Source: an uncultured delta proteobacterium
GTDB taxonomy: Bacteria; Myxococcota; Myxococcia; Myxococcales; Myxococcaceae
Direction of reading: 5' to 3'
DNA: 64,000 nucleotides
Assembly: GCA_963776345.1 (NCBI GenBank)
Contig: CAVZMH010000015.1
Span: 448,001-512,000, forward strand
The position numbers and the translations under genes are program-made. Below are positions 62,960 to 64,000 of this stretch, in pieces (the first letter of the stretch is position 1; each line of letters opens with the position of its first letter). The notes beneath the pieces were generated by a model that saw only the letters and a list, made by a program, of their open reading frames with translations, searched no databases and was not told where the DNA came from.

Positions 62960-63733
62960 CTAGCGGGTGATCCCGCGCTGGCTGGTGGTGACGAACGAGA
63001 GGAGCACCTGGATCTCGGTCTGGTCGCCGAGCTCCGTCCGGAGCCGCTCCAGAGCGTCCTCCAGCGGCAGCTTGCTCCGGAAGAGGATGCGGTACGCCTC
63101 CTTCACCCGGGCGATCTGCTCCTCGCTGAATCCGTGCCGCGACAGGCCGACGCTGTTCACCCCCACCAGCTCGGCCCGGTCGCCCTGGGCGGTGCAGAAG
63201 GGCGGGACGTCCTTCACCACCATCGAGCCGCCCGCCACGAAGGCGTGCCGGCCGACGCGGGTGAACTGGTGCACCGCCGACAGGCCTCCCAGGATGGCGT
63301 GGTCGCCCACCTCGACGTGGCCGCCCAGGGTCGCGCCGTTGGCGAAGACGCACCCGCTCCCCACCTGGCAGTCGTGGGCCACGTGCGCGTAGGCCATGAA
63401 GAGGTTCCGGTCGCCGATGCGGGTCACCCCGCCGCCGCCGGTGGTTCCCTTGTGGAGCGTGGTGAACTCGCGGATCAGGTTCTCGTTCCCGATCTCCAGC
63501 GCGCTGTCCTCGCCGGCGTACTTGAGGTCCTGCGGCTGGGCCCCCACCGAGGCGAACTGGAAGACGCGGTTCCGCTCGCCGAGCCGGGTGCGCCCCTCGA
63601 TGACCGCGTGCGGCCCGACGGTGGTCCCGGCGCCGATCTGGACTTGATGTCCGATGACCGCGTACGGACCCACCTCGACCGACGGGTGCAGCCCGGCGCC
63701 GGGGGCGACGATGGCCGTGGGGTGGACGCTCAT
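62960..63733 (-). CDS. lpxA: Acyl-ACP--UDP-N-acetylglucosamine O-acyltransferase
   Basis: VHPTAIV hexapeptide repeats, PQDLKY, IREF, HVAHDC, AVHQF, KDVPP. Confidence 0.98.
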   Translation of the reverse strand: MSVHPTAIVAPGAGLHPSVEVGPYAVIGHQVQIGAGTTVGPHAVIEGRTRLGERNRVFQFASVGAQPQDLKYAGEDSALEIGNENLIREFTTLHKGTTGGGGVTRIGDRNLFMAYAHVAHDCQVGSGCVFANGATLGGHVEVGDHAILGGLSAVHQFTRVGRHAFVAGGSMVVKDVPPFCTAQGDRAELVGVNSVGLSRHGFSEEQIARVKEAYRILFRSKLPLEDALERLRTELGDQTEIQVLLSFVTTSQRGITR

Positions 63734-64000
63734 CGGTCCCTGTCCACCACCGTCGCCAGGAACTCGCCCTCGGCCACCACCTCGCCGTCCACCTTCGCCA
63801 CCCCGCGCGTCTTGAGGATCGACCCCTTGAACCGGAGCACCTCCACCTCGAGCTCCAGCCGGTCGCCCGGCACCGTGGGCTTCCTGAACTTCGCCCCGTC
63901 GATGGCCATCAGGTACGTCACCTTCTGGGTGGGGTCGAAGCCGGTCGAGCGGTAGGCGAGGATCGCGCTCGCCTGCGCCAGCGCCTCGAGCACCAGCACC
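63730..64000 (-). CDS. fabZ: 3-hydroxyacyl-ACP dehydratase FabZ (partial, C-terminal part)
   Basis: VLEALAQ, IDGAKFRKPTVPGDRL, AKVDGEVVAE; upstream of lpxA. Confidence 0.95.
   Translation of the reverse strand, partial: VLVLEALAQASAILAYRSTGFDPTQKVTYLMAIDGAKFRKPTVPGDRLELEVEVLRFKGSILKTRGVAKVDGEVVAEGEFLATVVDRDR

Overview
High-GC Myxococcota (Myxococcales/Anaeromyxobacter-like) chromosomal segment, mostly housekeeping. From left: a partial HEAT-repeat lipoprotein, a stand-alone SNF2 helicase, a lipid kinase and a receiver protein; then aspS-recJ, secF-secD-yajC-tgt-queA and a SpoIID/LytB gene with small accessory genes inserted (intradiol dioxygenase-like, DUF885, DUF3419/BtaA-like, DoxX-like). 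The middle carries an asparaginase + DcaP porin + aspartate 4-decarboxylase + two AspT antiporter module, a Zn/Mn ABC uptake system, two tandem KamA radical-SAM aminomutases and a frameshifted MacAB-like exporter. A complete minus-strand rRNA operon (16S-tRNAIle-tRNAAla-23S-5S) has three tandem TTGACA-N17 promoters and visible processing stems. The right end holds gmk, yicC and a lipid A/LPS core cluster (GT9, hldC/hldA-type, lpxK, 2x GT4, waaA, PHP protein, msbA, lpxB, lpxI, lpxA, partial fabZ). Clustered single-base frameshifts (about 18.6-18.9, 30.2, 37.7-39.4 kb) look like long-read assembly errors. No CRISPR array, transposase or prophage was seen. The best candidates for something undescribed are the AspT paralog pair differing at the TM3 Arg, the KamA pair linked to Zn uptake, and the PHP protein in the LPS operon. 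All three are hypotheses from motif reading only; no searches were run.
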